A stretch of DNA of 38,205 nucleotides. It comes from a virus. Its lineage: Duplodnaviria > Caudoviricetes. Each line of letters opens with the position of its first letter. The stretch's first letter is position 1. The translations under genes and the position numbers were made by a program. Under the pieces are notes generated by a model. It was not told where the DNA came from. It worked only from the letters and a program-made list of their open reading frames with translations, and did no database searches. Location: positions 1-38,205 of IMG/VR virus record IMGVR_UViG_3300032227_000019; one strand, written 5' to 3'. This document shows, in pieces, positions 18,740 to 28,178 of this stretch.

Positions 18740-20065
18740 TTAGAATTTCAAGATAATTTTGAAAGACTCTGTTTGATCTACGGATCTTTCGATTGGTTTG
18801 ATATTATTTATATATAGTAGTTTACCAGAATATGGTCTAAGGTCTGGTGCAATAACGGAATCCAAGAATCGTGCACCGGTACTTTGTGAACCAATTAATA
18901 GTTCTGATGCAGGTGTTCCTTCGACATTTGTTAGTTTCATAATATTATTAGAACTATCCCACTGGGCAACTACACCTTTGAATGTAGCATTAGCAAGTGT
19001 GGTGCCTTGATAAACGATTTCATCCTCGATATATTCTGCTGAAATACCATTTAGAGAAACTACTGTTAACTGACTAAAGATTGTATTAGATGCAGGTATT
19101 GTTGTTAACCAATAATATGGATCTTCGATAATAGCAATCTGTCTATAATCGTTATTAACAATAAATCTACCGTTTTCATCCGACTTTAGTTTAAGGTTCA
19201 ACATAAGGTATGAACCGCCGAGTTCTGCTAGTGCATCTTTACCATGACCACCAACCGGTGACATAACAACTCTAGCAGTTGCATTTGAACCAACACTGTT
19301 TGCCTGATAGATGATTGCATTGGCATAGGTATATCCAGAACCACGATTATCTACGATGATAGATGAAATGGTGTTGGTTGATGTATTAATCTGTGCAAAG
19401 GCATTTGCCTCAATACCATCACCTGTAATGATTACAGAAACGTTTGTATTGGTATAACCTGAACCTGTGTTTGTTACTAAAATGGTATCAATAGCACCAT
19501 CAATGGCCAAATTCTGAACCAACCATTGTGCCGAACCATCGTTAATTGACAGTGTTTTAACTGGCATATAAGAATCGGTAAGGAAGTTCAATCTTTCATC
19601 GGCGTTAATGGTATACATATATTTCCAAATATAACCATCTGTCGTCTGAAAATTGGAAATAGTTGCCGTTGAGGTTGGCATCGATGTTGAAGGTTTACTA
19701 TAATTATTTGACAAACACTTATAGACGTTCCAATCACTAGTGACAACATAAAAACTTGTATTATGTAAGTCTAGTGAATCCGTTAGATTGTCAAAAGAAT
19801 TATAAACTGTATTTGACGTCCAGTCGTGACGAGGAACAACGTGACGAATATCGTTACCAGAAATTCTCTTTGCACCAATCATGTTCTTCCAAACATCATA
19901 GATTGCCGCTGAACCGGTATTTGCCTGTAAAGGTTCTGCATCATTGGCCCAAGGTATTACCTTACCAAAAGTAAAATAAACATTAGATGATTGTGGTTCA
20001 GAAACCGATTCTTTGAATTGTTTGGCGCTATAGATTTCGATATCTTTGGAAAATCTTGATGTCAA
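18740..20065 (-). CDS. gp8: Baseplate wedge subunit gp8 (TTG start)
   Basis: VVPRHDW, FYVVTSDWNVYKCLSNN, DGYIWKYMYTI, GHG.DA..ELG, DYRQIAIIEDP, SGKLLYINN. Confidence 0.93.
   Translation of the reverse strand: MTSRFSKDIEIYSAKQFKESVSEPQSSNVYFTFGKVIPWANDAEPLQANTGSAAIYDVWKNMIGAKRISGNDIRHVVPRHDWTSNTVYNSFDNLTDSLDLHNTSFYVVTSDWNVYKCLSNNYSKPSTSMPTSTATISNFQTTDGYIWKYMYTINADERLNFLTDSYMPVKTLSINDGSAQWLVQNLAIDGAIDTILVTNTGSGYTNTNVSVIITGDGIEANAFAQINTSTNTISSIIVDNRGSGYTYANAIIYQANSVGSNATARVVMSPVGGHGKDALAELGGSYLMLNLKLKSDENGRFIVNNDYRQIAIIEDPYYWLTTIPASNTIFSQLTVVSLNGISAEYIEDEIVYQGTTLANATFKGVVAQWDSSNNIMKLTNVEGTPASELLIGSQSTGARFLDSVIAPDLRPYSGKLLYINNIKPIERSVDQTESFKIILKF
18805..18812 (-). promoter_or_regulatory. T4-type late promoter TATAAATA inside the gp8 3' end
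   Basis: Exact consensus about 77 nt upstream of the DUF4815 gene start. It also encodes the conserved YIN peptide, so it could be incidental. Confidence 0.45.
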
Positions 20066-20092
20066 GTTATGCCTCTTATAATTTCAATAAAC

Positions 20093-20100
20093 TATTTATC
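20093..20100 (-). promoter_or_regulatory. Late promoter variant GATAAATA
   Basis: ATAAATA overlapping the gp7 stop, about 27 nt upstream of gp8. Confidence 0.55.
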
Positions 20101-23100
20101 CAACAGTTTCATACAAGGCCGTAGAGACACGGAATGTATTGGCTGTTGCTGTCAGTGAACCTATACCATTTGCTTTTGTAATGACCAGGTCGCTTCTATA
20201 GACGGAGAATGTATCAACGTCAGAAACATTCTCAACCTTAAAGATACCATTGGCAATGCTATACAAATCACCACTAACGTATTCCATATAAATTCTATCA
20301 CCGTCATTATAACCATGGTCTTTTAGTGTTACGTTAAACACAGAATTATTGGTATAAAGTGTGGCGCCACCACTGTTTATAGTGATTTGATTTAATGTAA
20401 TGTTGAATGTATTACCGTCGATATAATCAATCATGTAAACACCGTTAACGGTATTTGAAGTATCACCTGAGGTAAACCAAACCTGGACATTAGCATTGTC
20501 AGACTGAGCATTGTTTGCTGAATAAACGGTAACAGTTTTAAGAACTATATTGGCGTTACCACCATTACCAAACACAGGATTTTTAAGCACATAAACAATT
20601 GTGTTTGCATTTGAGTTGTAAACGTTTGTATAACCGTTTGTGGTATTGGCCATGTCGCCTGTTAAGAAAGTGATATATGACTTGTCATTGTTAATGAAAT
20701 TGTGATTATTAGCAACGACATGAATGTGTGATGTCCAAACATTACAGTTACCAGAATCCACAAAGATGTTAGGAATATCTACATCAATGACAGTAAACTG
20801 TGTAGTATTTGACGAGAATACGGTATACTTCTGTTGAGTCAAATATGGATCGACAACACCAAATTGAACATATACATTTGAACCTGGTAATAATGTATTA
20901 AATGTGGTATTGGAGTTAGCCTTAATAATAATTCTCGGATCATAAGATATAGAACTACCTAACACATTGTTGTGTGTGTTTTGTGTGGTAATCGTAAAGA
21001 AGTTTGTATTGTTTCTATAAATGGTATACAGACCATCTATTAGATTTGCTGTAGCGTTTGTCGTGAAGGAAACATACACATAATCATTATTGGCAAATCC
21101 ATGCACAGGCGACGATATAACAACATTGGAACCGTTGGCATAGTAACTATCATTTCTGAACTGATTATTTGCTGCATATGTTGATGAGAATGAAACCGGA
21201 GAGTATGTTACATTCTGACTATTAACGTTATATGTGGCGTTCTTATAGAAGATTTGATAGTTACCTTCTAAGAACAATGTAGTTGCTGTATCTGAAACAT
21301 CAATTTCTCTATTAATAACAATGTCGTTAGTGAAAGCATATTCACCAAACAGTTTCAATCCTAGTGGATGTGTTAAGTTGTTTAGTGCGGTTCTATACTT
21401 GTTGAGTGATTCATCAATCTTAACAACATAAGAATAATTTTGATAATAATCTCTATTCTCTAGGAAGTTGTAACCACTGATATGACCATCATCATTTAGA
21501 TAACGGCCTGGATAAACGTAAAGAACCCTAGCAACGGTTGCATTTGCTTCGGCAGTTCCGTCACCATGAGTGGACAAGTCTAGTATAGGTGGTTCTAGAT
21601 AACCTGTACCACCAGAGATAATGATTAGTTCTTCAATAGCACCAATATCATCGGTTAGAGGTTGTAATTGGTCATCAGAGGCCAAGAAGGCCTCGGTTAA
21701 TAATGTTGCACCATATCCAGTTAGTGAGTTGGCAACTGGTATTGGTTTTTTAATTCTGCTATAACCTGAACCACCTGCCGTATGACCAGGAATGGCAGTA
21801 ATCTTCACTTCTTTAATAGCACCATTAGCAGCAATTTCTGTAACCTCGGCATGGGCACCTGTGCCGTATCCACCCATCGGGTTAATAAACTCTACAGAAT
21901 CGCCAATGTTATAGTTTAAACCACCAGTAACAACACCTACACGACCAATAACACCAAGTGAACGAATGTAAGTATTACCTCTAACGGACAATGTTGGAAG
22001 AATATTATATCCTTCACCAGAGTTGGTAACACCGGCAGTCAGAATTGGACCGCAGTTGGCATATGTCCAATATTGCATTGCATTGGCAATGGTTGTATAA
22101 ATGTTAGAAGAGTTTAGATTAGAAAATACCACATTTGAAAGAATGGTGTTTTCTTCGGCGGATATAGTTGTTCCAACAAACTGATAGGTATTTGGATGAT
22201 ACTGTTCGGTCAAATCAACGGCCGTCACTTGACCCGATGCACCAATACCACCGCCACCAAATGATGTTGTAACCAGAACTTCGTCATTAGCTTCGTAACC
22301 AGCACCGCCGTATGTAACACCGATGGCCTTTAGAGAACCTGCGGTAACTCTATTAATCTTAATATCACCGTTACGACCTGTTGCAGAAATAAGCGGAACA
22401 GTGGTACCTGCAATATAACCTGTACCTTTCTTTAAAACACGAACGCCAGTAATAATACCAGAATAGATGTTAGCGGAAATTCTCTTATCAACACCTTCTT
22501 CGATGAAATAGGCAAAAATTGTTTCTTCGGATTCAAACTCTCTACGAATACCGGATAGTTTTAATTCGGATACAATATCACCCTTATCATAATAAACATC
22601 GATTGTTTCGACCTTAGCGGTGGCATTTGATGATGCACCACGAATAGTATGGTTTTTAAAGTTAAGTAGAGCAATTGTATTAGAAACGTTATTTACCGCA
22701 ACGTCGGTAACTCTGAGTGAACGTTCAATATACCACTTACCATCAGAGGCACGAAGAATATCCGTTTTTGGATAATAGAACTCAATCTCTTTTTTAAATA
22801 GAATACGTGCAAGGAATCTAACCGCATTTTCGGTACCCTTTGCACGGTAAAAGTCTTTAATGTATTTAATAAGAGTTGTCTTATCGGTAATAACATTAAC
22901 CGATAACAACTTTAGAAACTGATTATAGATTTTCTCCTGGAATCTTTCGTCGGCCAGGTCGATATTCATATTGTTAGTAAGATTTTTAGATGTGTCTAAT
23001 AACTCGCCTTCTTGTTCTAGAAAGGCATAATACTTTTCTAAAAACTGAATAAACTTTGGATGTTCATCGGCAACAAATTGTGGAACTTGTGAAGAAACAA

Positions 23101-23131
23101 GAAATGATGTTTTATTATTAGAAGTCGCCAT
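20096..23131 (-). CDS. gp7: Baseplate wedge initiator gp7-like (1011 aa)
   Basis: QVPQFV..EHPKFIQFLEKYY, IKDFYRAKGTE..RFL.RILF, YPK.DILRASDGKW, DYYQNYSYVVK, HPLGLKLFGE. Lies between gp6 and gp8. Confidence 0.88.
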   Translation of the reverse strand: MATSNNKTSFLVSSQVPQFVADEHPKFIQFLEKYYAFLEQEGELLDTSKNLTNNMNIDLADERFQEKIYNQFLKLLSVNVITDKTTLIKYIKDFYRAKGTENAVRFLARILFKKEIEFYYPKTDILRASDGKWYIERSLRVTDVAVNNVSNTIALLNFKNHTIRGASSNATAKVETIDVYYDKGDIVSELKLSGIRREFESEETIFAYFIEEGVDKRISANIYSGIITGVRVLKKGTGYIAGTTVPLISATGRNGDIKINRVTAGSLKAIGVTYGGAGYEANDEVLVTTSFGGGGIGASGQVTAVDLTEQYHPNTYQFVGTTISAEENTILSNVVFSNLNSSNIYTTIANAMQYWTYANCGPILTAGVTNSGEGYNILPTLSVRGNTYIRSLGVIGRVGVVTGGLNYNIGDSVEFINPMGGYGTGAHAEVTEIAANGAIKEVKITAIPGHTAGGSGYSRIKKPIPVANSLTGYGATLLTEAFLASDDQLQPLTDDIGAIEELIIISGGTGYLEPPILDLSTHGDGTAEANATVARVLYVYPGRYLNDDGHISGYNFLENRDYYQNYSYVVKIDESLNKYRTALNNLTHPLGLKLFGEYAFTNDIVINREIDVSDTATTLFLEGNYQIFYKNATYNVNSQNVTYSPVSFSSTYAANNQFRNDSYYANGSNVVISSPVHGFANNDYVYVSFTTNATANLIDGLYTIYRNNTNFFTITTQNTHNNVLGSSISYDPRIIIKANSNTTFNTLLPGSNVYVQFGVVDPYLTQQKYTVFSSNTTQFTVIDVDIPNIFVDSGNCNVWTSHIHVVANNHNFINNDKSYITFLTGDMANTTNGYTNVYNSNANTIVYVLKNPVFGNGGNANIVLKTVTVYSANNAQSDNANVQVWFTSGDTSNTVNGVYMIDYIDGNTFNITLNQITINSGGATLYTNNSVFNVTLKDHGYNDGDRIYMEYVSGDLYSIANGIFKVENVSDVDTFSVYRSDLVITKANGIGSLTATANTFRVSTALYETVG

Positions 23132-25209
23132 TATCGTCCTTCAACAATTTCCAACTGGATGCTCTGAGGGTTATTCATGTCAATAGCAAAGATACGGCTT
23201 CTTGATGGATAAATGATTTCATCGGCAGCAACCGCATTAACAGTCAGAACATTTTCGTCATAATATTCATTGAGAATAACACTGTTTGTTAGAAGAGAAG
23301 TTAATTCAACAATGCCGTTTAGGTAATCAATTGTGCCTGCATTTTCATTAACAATAACTTTTTCACCATTTGATTTATAGTAGAATGTTCTTAGTGTACC
23401 GTAATTGTTTTCAACTCTAGCAAATGCAGTAGCACCAACGCCATCACCTTGAATGGAAACAGTGGCACGGGTATAGTTATAACCTTTGTTAGTAACAATG
23501 ATTTCAACGACTCGACGATTGACAATCTTTGCATATGCTGTGGCACCTGTGCCGTCACCAGTAATAGTAATAGTTGGTATGGTGGTATAATTAGTACCAG
23601 CATCTAAGACGACAACAGAACCTACACCAGTATAAGATTCAGGAACTTCTTCAATGAATACCTGACGTTCAATGTTGGCATTATCAAAAACTACTATCTG
23701 TGGGAATGAAAATAGTTTTTCTTGAATATCACCTTTTCTTAGGGTTGAACCAAACTTGATGATATATTTTCTTGATTTATTATTTTCAATATCAATCTGT
23801 TTCTGTAAATAGATGTTCAAATCGGAACCAGTGATAGATGGTTCAGATGATTCGATATATTGCTGTAGTTTAGATAACTTGAAAATAGACCTAAAGGTAT
23901 TCAACTGGTCATTGTTATACTGTTCAATGGCCTGTCTGACGGTTGATAGCAGCTCATCGGCCGTTTTCTGAGTAAGAACGGGATTATATGTAACCTTACC
24001 ACGAAGGAGCAGGAAGCAATAATCTGGGTCAACAATCTCTGGCATAACCGTCAAAACGTTACGTGAACGAATCAGATTATTTTTAATCTCTTCTTTTTCA
24101 AGGTCGGTTAGTGTGTAATAACCTTTTGTCTTTAGTGCCACAAAAACTTTACCGTAAATGACCGGGTCATTTTCTTCACCACCCCAAATAGAAACGGCAT
24201 CAATGTTATTATAATCTTTGGTTATCAGTGACTCATAGTCATCTTTTGTTACCGCACGGTTCTGAGCAGAATAAAAGTATGGTGCACGGAACTTAACCTG
24301 GTCATCGGTTTCTTTATCTGTACCACCAGTAGAAGATGAAACAGTTGAGATACTAACATTATCTCTAAACAGTCCAGCTATTCTAGATGTAAAGGTAAAC
24401 TTATTGATATTATTTGCTGGTGCACCGGCAGTATCAAGATAGGTGACAGTAACAATATTACCATTCTTTGGTTTCTTACCTAGAACATCGTCACCGAAAT
24501 AGATGGTATAATTTAAGTTCTCGTTTTCTTCCATAAAATAAACAGTAGAGTTGGCTGAAATCTCGGTCAAATCTTCGTTTAGGGTATATTGTTCTGTATA
24601 TGTGTTTGAAGATGACTCCTGAACTGCCACTGTAATAGTGGTTGTATCAACGTTCGCAGAAGGAATTTCAAATCTTCTTTTCGGGTTGGCAGTGTTTGCC
24701 TGAAATTGCATTGTGACAACTTCACCCTGCTTAATAAATACATTAGAGAATAAGAATGTTCCACCGCTCTTAGAAGCGGTATTGGCATTAATTGCTACGA
24801 ACGGATAGTTAACACCATTAATATCACGACCAATAAGTCTTGTATAACGGTCAAGAGTTATAAAGTTAATTTGTTGATTTTCAACAAGAGAAGGTGTAAC
24901 AAGAATGTTAATCTTTGCCAAAGCACCTTGGCGTGAAGCAGGAATATAATTGACCAACTTTGCTTGTGATAGAATGTTCTGGCGTAGTTGTGCGGTATCT
25001 AGAAAGGCCTCGTTAGCAGCCATGTTTAGATAGAAAGCATTATAATAAGTGTTATAAGCAAGAACGTCTAATAGAACAGAAAGACCTGAGGCATCGAAAT
25101 CATAATCGGTAAATTCCGACTGTGACCTTAAAAAGGTTTTTAGATTATTCTTGATGGAAAAGAAGTCTAAATCTGCAACTGTGAGTGAGGTATTATTAGC
25201 GGTTGCCAT
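23131..25209 (-). CDS. gp6: Baseplate wedge subunit gp6
   Basis: LDFFSIKNNLKTFL..QSEFTDYDF..SGLSVLLDVLAYNTYY, IYFGDDVLGK, QNRAVTKDDYE, WGGEENDP..YGKVF. Confidence 0.96.
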   Translation of the reverse strand: MATANNTSLTVADLDFFSIKNNLKTFLRSQSEFTDYDFDASGLSVLLDVLAYNTYYNAFYLNMAANEAFLDTAQLRQNILSQAKLVNYIPASRQGALAKINILVTPSLVENQQINFITLDRYTRLIGRDINGVNYPFVAINANTASKSGGTFLFSNVFIKQGEVVTMQFQANTANPKRRFEIPSANVDTTTITVAVQESSSNTYTEQYTLNEDLTEISANSTVYFMEENENLNYTIYFGDDVLGKKPKNGNIVTVTYLDTAGAPANNINKFTFTSRIAGLFRDNVSISTVSSSTGGTDKETDDQVKFRAPYFYSAQNRAVTKDDYESLITKDYNNIDAVSIWGGEENDPVIYGKVFVALKTKGYYTLTDLEKEEIKNNLIRSRNVLTVMPEIVDPDYCFLLLRGKVTYNPVLTQKTADELLSTVRQAIEQYNNDQLNTFRSIFKLSKLQQYIESSEPSITGSDLNIYLQKQIDIENNKSRKYIIKFGSTLRKGDIQEKLFSFPQIVVFDNANIERQVFIEEVPESYTGVGSVVVLDAGTNYTTIPTITITGDGTGATAYAKIVNRRVVEIIVTNKGYNYTRATVSIQGDGVGATAFARVENNYGTLRTFYYKSNGEKVIVNENAGTIDYLNGIVELTSLLTNSVILNEYYDENVLTVNAVAADEIIYPSRSRIFAIDMNNPQSIQLEIVEGR

Positions 25210-25215
25210 CTGAAA

Positions 25216-25623
25216 TTATCTAATCCTCTCTAAGAATAAAGTTGTGTCTACAGGCAGGTTTCTATTTAAAATGATGTATTGTAATCTGACGTTGAAACCA
25301 TTATTATCTAAATCGGAACTGACAGTAACATCAACCAATCTAACTCTTGATTCAAAGTTATTTATTGTTTCTTTTATGGCATTCTGTAACAGAACCAGTG
25401 TAAACGGATTTATAGGTTCGAACAATAGTTTGCGAACATTAGAACCAATATATGGTTGAAATAACCGTTCATAGAAATTAGTAAAGAGAAGATTCCGAAC
25501 AGACCTTTTAATAGCCTCATCACCTTCTTTCTTATACACATCACCCGTTGATGGATTGGCAAAAAAGTCCAAATCCAAATCTTTATAGTCTGGACTGCGG
25601 TTGACGTAATTAACTTGTGCCAT
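25216..25623 (-). CDS. gp25: Baseplate wedge subunit gp25
   Basis: YKDLDLDF..NP.TGD, AIKRSVRNL..T..YERLFQP.IGS, NFE.RV, LERIR. Confidence 0.95.
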   Translation of the reverse strand: MAQVNYVNRSPDYKDLDLDFFANPSTGDVYKKEGDEAIKRSVRNLLFTNFYERLFQPYIGSNVRKLLFEPINPFTLVLLQNAIKETINNFESRVRLVDVTVSSDLDNNGFNVRLQYIILNRNLPVDTTLFLERIR

Positions 25624-25645
25624 ATTAGACCTTTACTAGTTTCCT

Positions 25646-25653
25646 TATTTAGT
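25646..25653 (-). promoter_or_regulatory. Late promoter variant ACTAAATA
   Basis: CTAAATA intergenic, about 22 nt upstream of gp25. Confidence 0.55.
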
Positions 25654-26717
25654 TAGAACCAACCGGGGTCTTGTGACTGTTCTTCCTGTGGTTGTGTAAC
25701 TGCTTTTGCGGTACCAAGTTTACCTACTGCTTTAAGTGCATCAATCATATTAAATGAAGGCATGTCTGTTTCAGAAGCACCAGCATTTGTTGCCTGTGTA
25801 CCTCTAACACTAACAGTCTGGCCAGAAACATAAGTCTGCGAAGAACCCTTAATACCAACGGACTCACCTTTAACTAATGCTTTACCTGAGGCTTCCATAT
25901 TAACATCACCAGAGTCGGCAGAGATATTGACATTACCTTGTTTAGATAAAATCTTTGCTGCCTCTTGTGCAATCATATGAATAGCACCACTATCAGAAAG
26001 AAACTTAATAGCATCTTTCATCCTGGCCTCAAATGTACCTTTCTTACTCTCAAAATGAAAATTACCCTGTTCAATATTGCTTGTAATATCGCCTTGACCA
26101 ACCTGCATATTCATTCCTTTAGAACCACCAATATGCAACTGGTCTAATGAAGCAAGAGTAGCAGAACCTTTAGATGTATGAGCAATAGCACCTTGTGCCG
26201 TCATGGTAGACGAACCTTCAAGTTTCTTGTTCTCACTTTTTGCCTTGGTATCAATATTACCACGAACATGGCGATTATGGTTCTTGGCAACCATATTGAA
26301 ATTACCATTTACAGTTAGGTTATAATCTTTATGACAGGTGACATTATAATCACCATATACTCTAAGTGAAGCATCACCTTTTACCACAATATCGTGGGCA
26401 CCAGAGATAACTAGACGGTCCTCACCGAATGTAGCAGTATATTTTGAGTTATGTGCCGTTATATGTAAAGCACCATCTGGCATCATTTGAATAGCAGAAC
26501 CAGAACGGTGCTGTAGACTTACTGTTTCTTCACCTTTCGAGTCATCAAACACCAAACTATGGCCTGACCTTGATTTATAAGACCAGTAGTTTGGATATTT
26601 ACCAGAACCTTGTGAACCACCTACACCAGCAGGACGGTCAAACTTTTCTGGTGTTTCTTTACCAGGGTTATTATTCTGATATTTTTGTCCGCTACCTGAA
26701 CCTGATTTACCTGCCAT
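25653..26717 (-). CDS. gp5: gp5 C-terminal part: central spike triple beta-helix (354 aa)
   Basis: KYPNYWSYKSRSGHSLVFDDSKGEETVSLQHRSGS matches the T4 gp5C YP..H..ETESGH..EFDDTPG.ER....H..G motif. Followed by 8-residue VxGD/N repeats. Confidence 0.85.
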   Translation of the reverse strand: MAGKSGSGSGQKYQNNNPGKETPEKFDRPAGVGGSQGSGKYPNYWSYKSRSGHSLVFDDSKGEETVSLQHRSGSAIQMMPDGALHITAHNSKYTATFGEDRLVISGAHDIVVKGDASLRVYGDYNVTCHKDYNLTVNGNFNMVAKNHNRHVRGNIDTKAKSENKKLEGSSTMTAQGAIAHTSKGSATLASLDQLHIGGSKGMNMQVGQGDITSNIEQGNFHFESKKGTFEARMKDAIKFLSDSGAIHMIAQEAAKILSKQGNVNISADSGDVNMEASGKALVKGESVGIKGSSQTYVSGQTVSVRGTQATNAGASETDMPSFNMIDALKAVGKLGTAKAVTQPQEEQSQDPGWF

Positions 26718-26729
26718 TTTATATTCCTA

Positions 26730-28178
26730 TCATATGATTGATTTGAGTGCTTCTAGTGGATTACCACCATCGACTGTTGCCTTAACAATCTGCATTAGTT
26801 TCTGTTGGTCCATTCCTCCAGATAACTTTTCCGTCATCTGTTTCATTTCCTGTTGACCACCCTGAGGAAGTCTTTGCATCATTTCCATAATCGAGGAGGA
26901 CGCTTTACCAAACATACCACCCATACCAGACTTGCTACCGCCTCCACCTTTACCACCGCCGCCGCCTGCGCTCGTGGAAGGTGCTGGAGAGAACCCTGCT
27001 ACACCAGCACCTGCGGTTGTATTGGAACTTGATATCGTATTAGCAAAGGTAGCCATAGCATTAATAGCGTCCTGAGAATACTCAAGGACAACTTGTCCGT
27101 CATAGGTCACCTGTTGTAATGCTGTTCCCCAAACAGTTTCAATTTCTTGTTCAAGGACATTTAACTTGTCCGTTCCTTTTAGGTCATCATTCAAATTAAG
27201 TTGCTTAATACAATTCATAAGGTCATCTAGGCATGTTACCTGATTTATTAATTCTTGTGCGTTAGTTAGATAAGTTTCTTCATGAACCTGGCCACCAGTG
27301 GCAAATGCAACACCGTTTGATGTATCGTAACCTTGAACCAATGTTCTGAGATTATTAACTGCTGTTTTCATCTGTGGTGAAAGATTATTGGTTGCGCCGG
27401 CCATAGAAACATCTACGGTACCTGGTTCAGCAACACCATTAGGCGCAAAAGAAACACCAAAGTTACCGGCACCTGCACCTCCGCCACCGCCGCCTCCTCC
27501 TTTACCACCAAAACCACCCATACCACCGCCTGACATAAGACCTTGCAACATACCACCTAATGAACCGATGGTACCCTGTAATTGGTCCATCATATCATTG
27601 GTCATCATTTGCTGACCTTTTTGCTTTGCTGTCGGGATGTTTTTCATTTCAGGAATACGGAATCCTGTCATGTCAAACAAAGCACCGTGACCAGGAAATC
27701 CGTCTAGTAAGTGCAGACTGTGCATCTGTCCTTTTTCTTTAATCTTACGGATTTTTGCACCACGGTCCTCACCTTCTTGAATATCAGGTGGAACAGAAAC
27801 GCCAATATCTTGTTGACGTTGTTCCTGAAAATCACCGCCCATAAGACTGCCTGAACCGGCCTGGCCGCCGCCTTGTTCTAGAACGGGATTACCTTGACCA
27901 AGAATAATACCACCAGGTGTGCCTACGTTTTTAAGAATATAAACGAGAGAACCTGGATCCAATACACCTTGAAACGAGTTCTGTGAAAACCCAGAAGGTG
28001 TATGCATCATCTGTGCAAAGTTTAAATCTGAGATATTAACATCTGAACCATGTTCTAGTGGTGATTTAACTCTCATACCAGAAGAATGGTCGGATGCTGG
28101 GTCATTATGATGTCCACCAACTATGATTGCTGGCTGAATGCCAGACTGTGGACCTGGAAAATTACCATAACCTGCCAT
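26730..28178 (-). CDS. Putative gp5 N-terminal (OB-fold) part with Gly/Met/Gln-rich extension (482 aa)
   Basis: Start moved to the ATG at 28178 (TAATG overlap, GGAGGA RBS). NDP..SGMRVKSPLEHG...DLNFAQMM..P...PGSLVYIL....GIILG resembles a divergent gp5 OB fold. Lies between the hub and gp5C. Confidence 0.6.
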   Translation of the reverse strand: MAGYGNFPGPQSGIQPAIIVGGHHNDPASDHSSGMRVKSPLEHGSDVNISDLNFAQMMHTPSGFSQNSFQGVLDPGSLVYILKNVGTPGGIILGQGNPVLEQGGGQAGSGSLMGGDFQEQRQQDIGVSVPPDIQEGEDRGAKIRKIKEKGQMHSLHLLDGFPGHGALFDMTGFRIPEMKNIPTAKQKGQQMMTNDMMDQLQGTIGSLGGMLQGLMSGGGMGGFGGKGGGGGGGGAGAGNFGVSFAPNGVAEPGTVDVSMAGATNNLSPQMKTAVNNLRTLVQGYDTSNGVAFATGGQVHEETYLTNAQELINQVTCLDDLMNCIKQLNLNDDLKGTDKLNVLEQEIETVWGTALQQVTYDGQVVLEYSQDAINAMATFANTISSSNTTAGAGVAGFSPAPSTSAGGGGGKGGGGSKSGMGGMFGKASSSIMEMMQRLPQGGQQEMKQMTEKLSGGMDQQKLMQIVKATVDGGNPLEALKSII

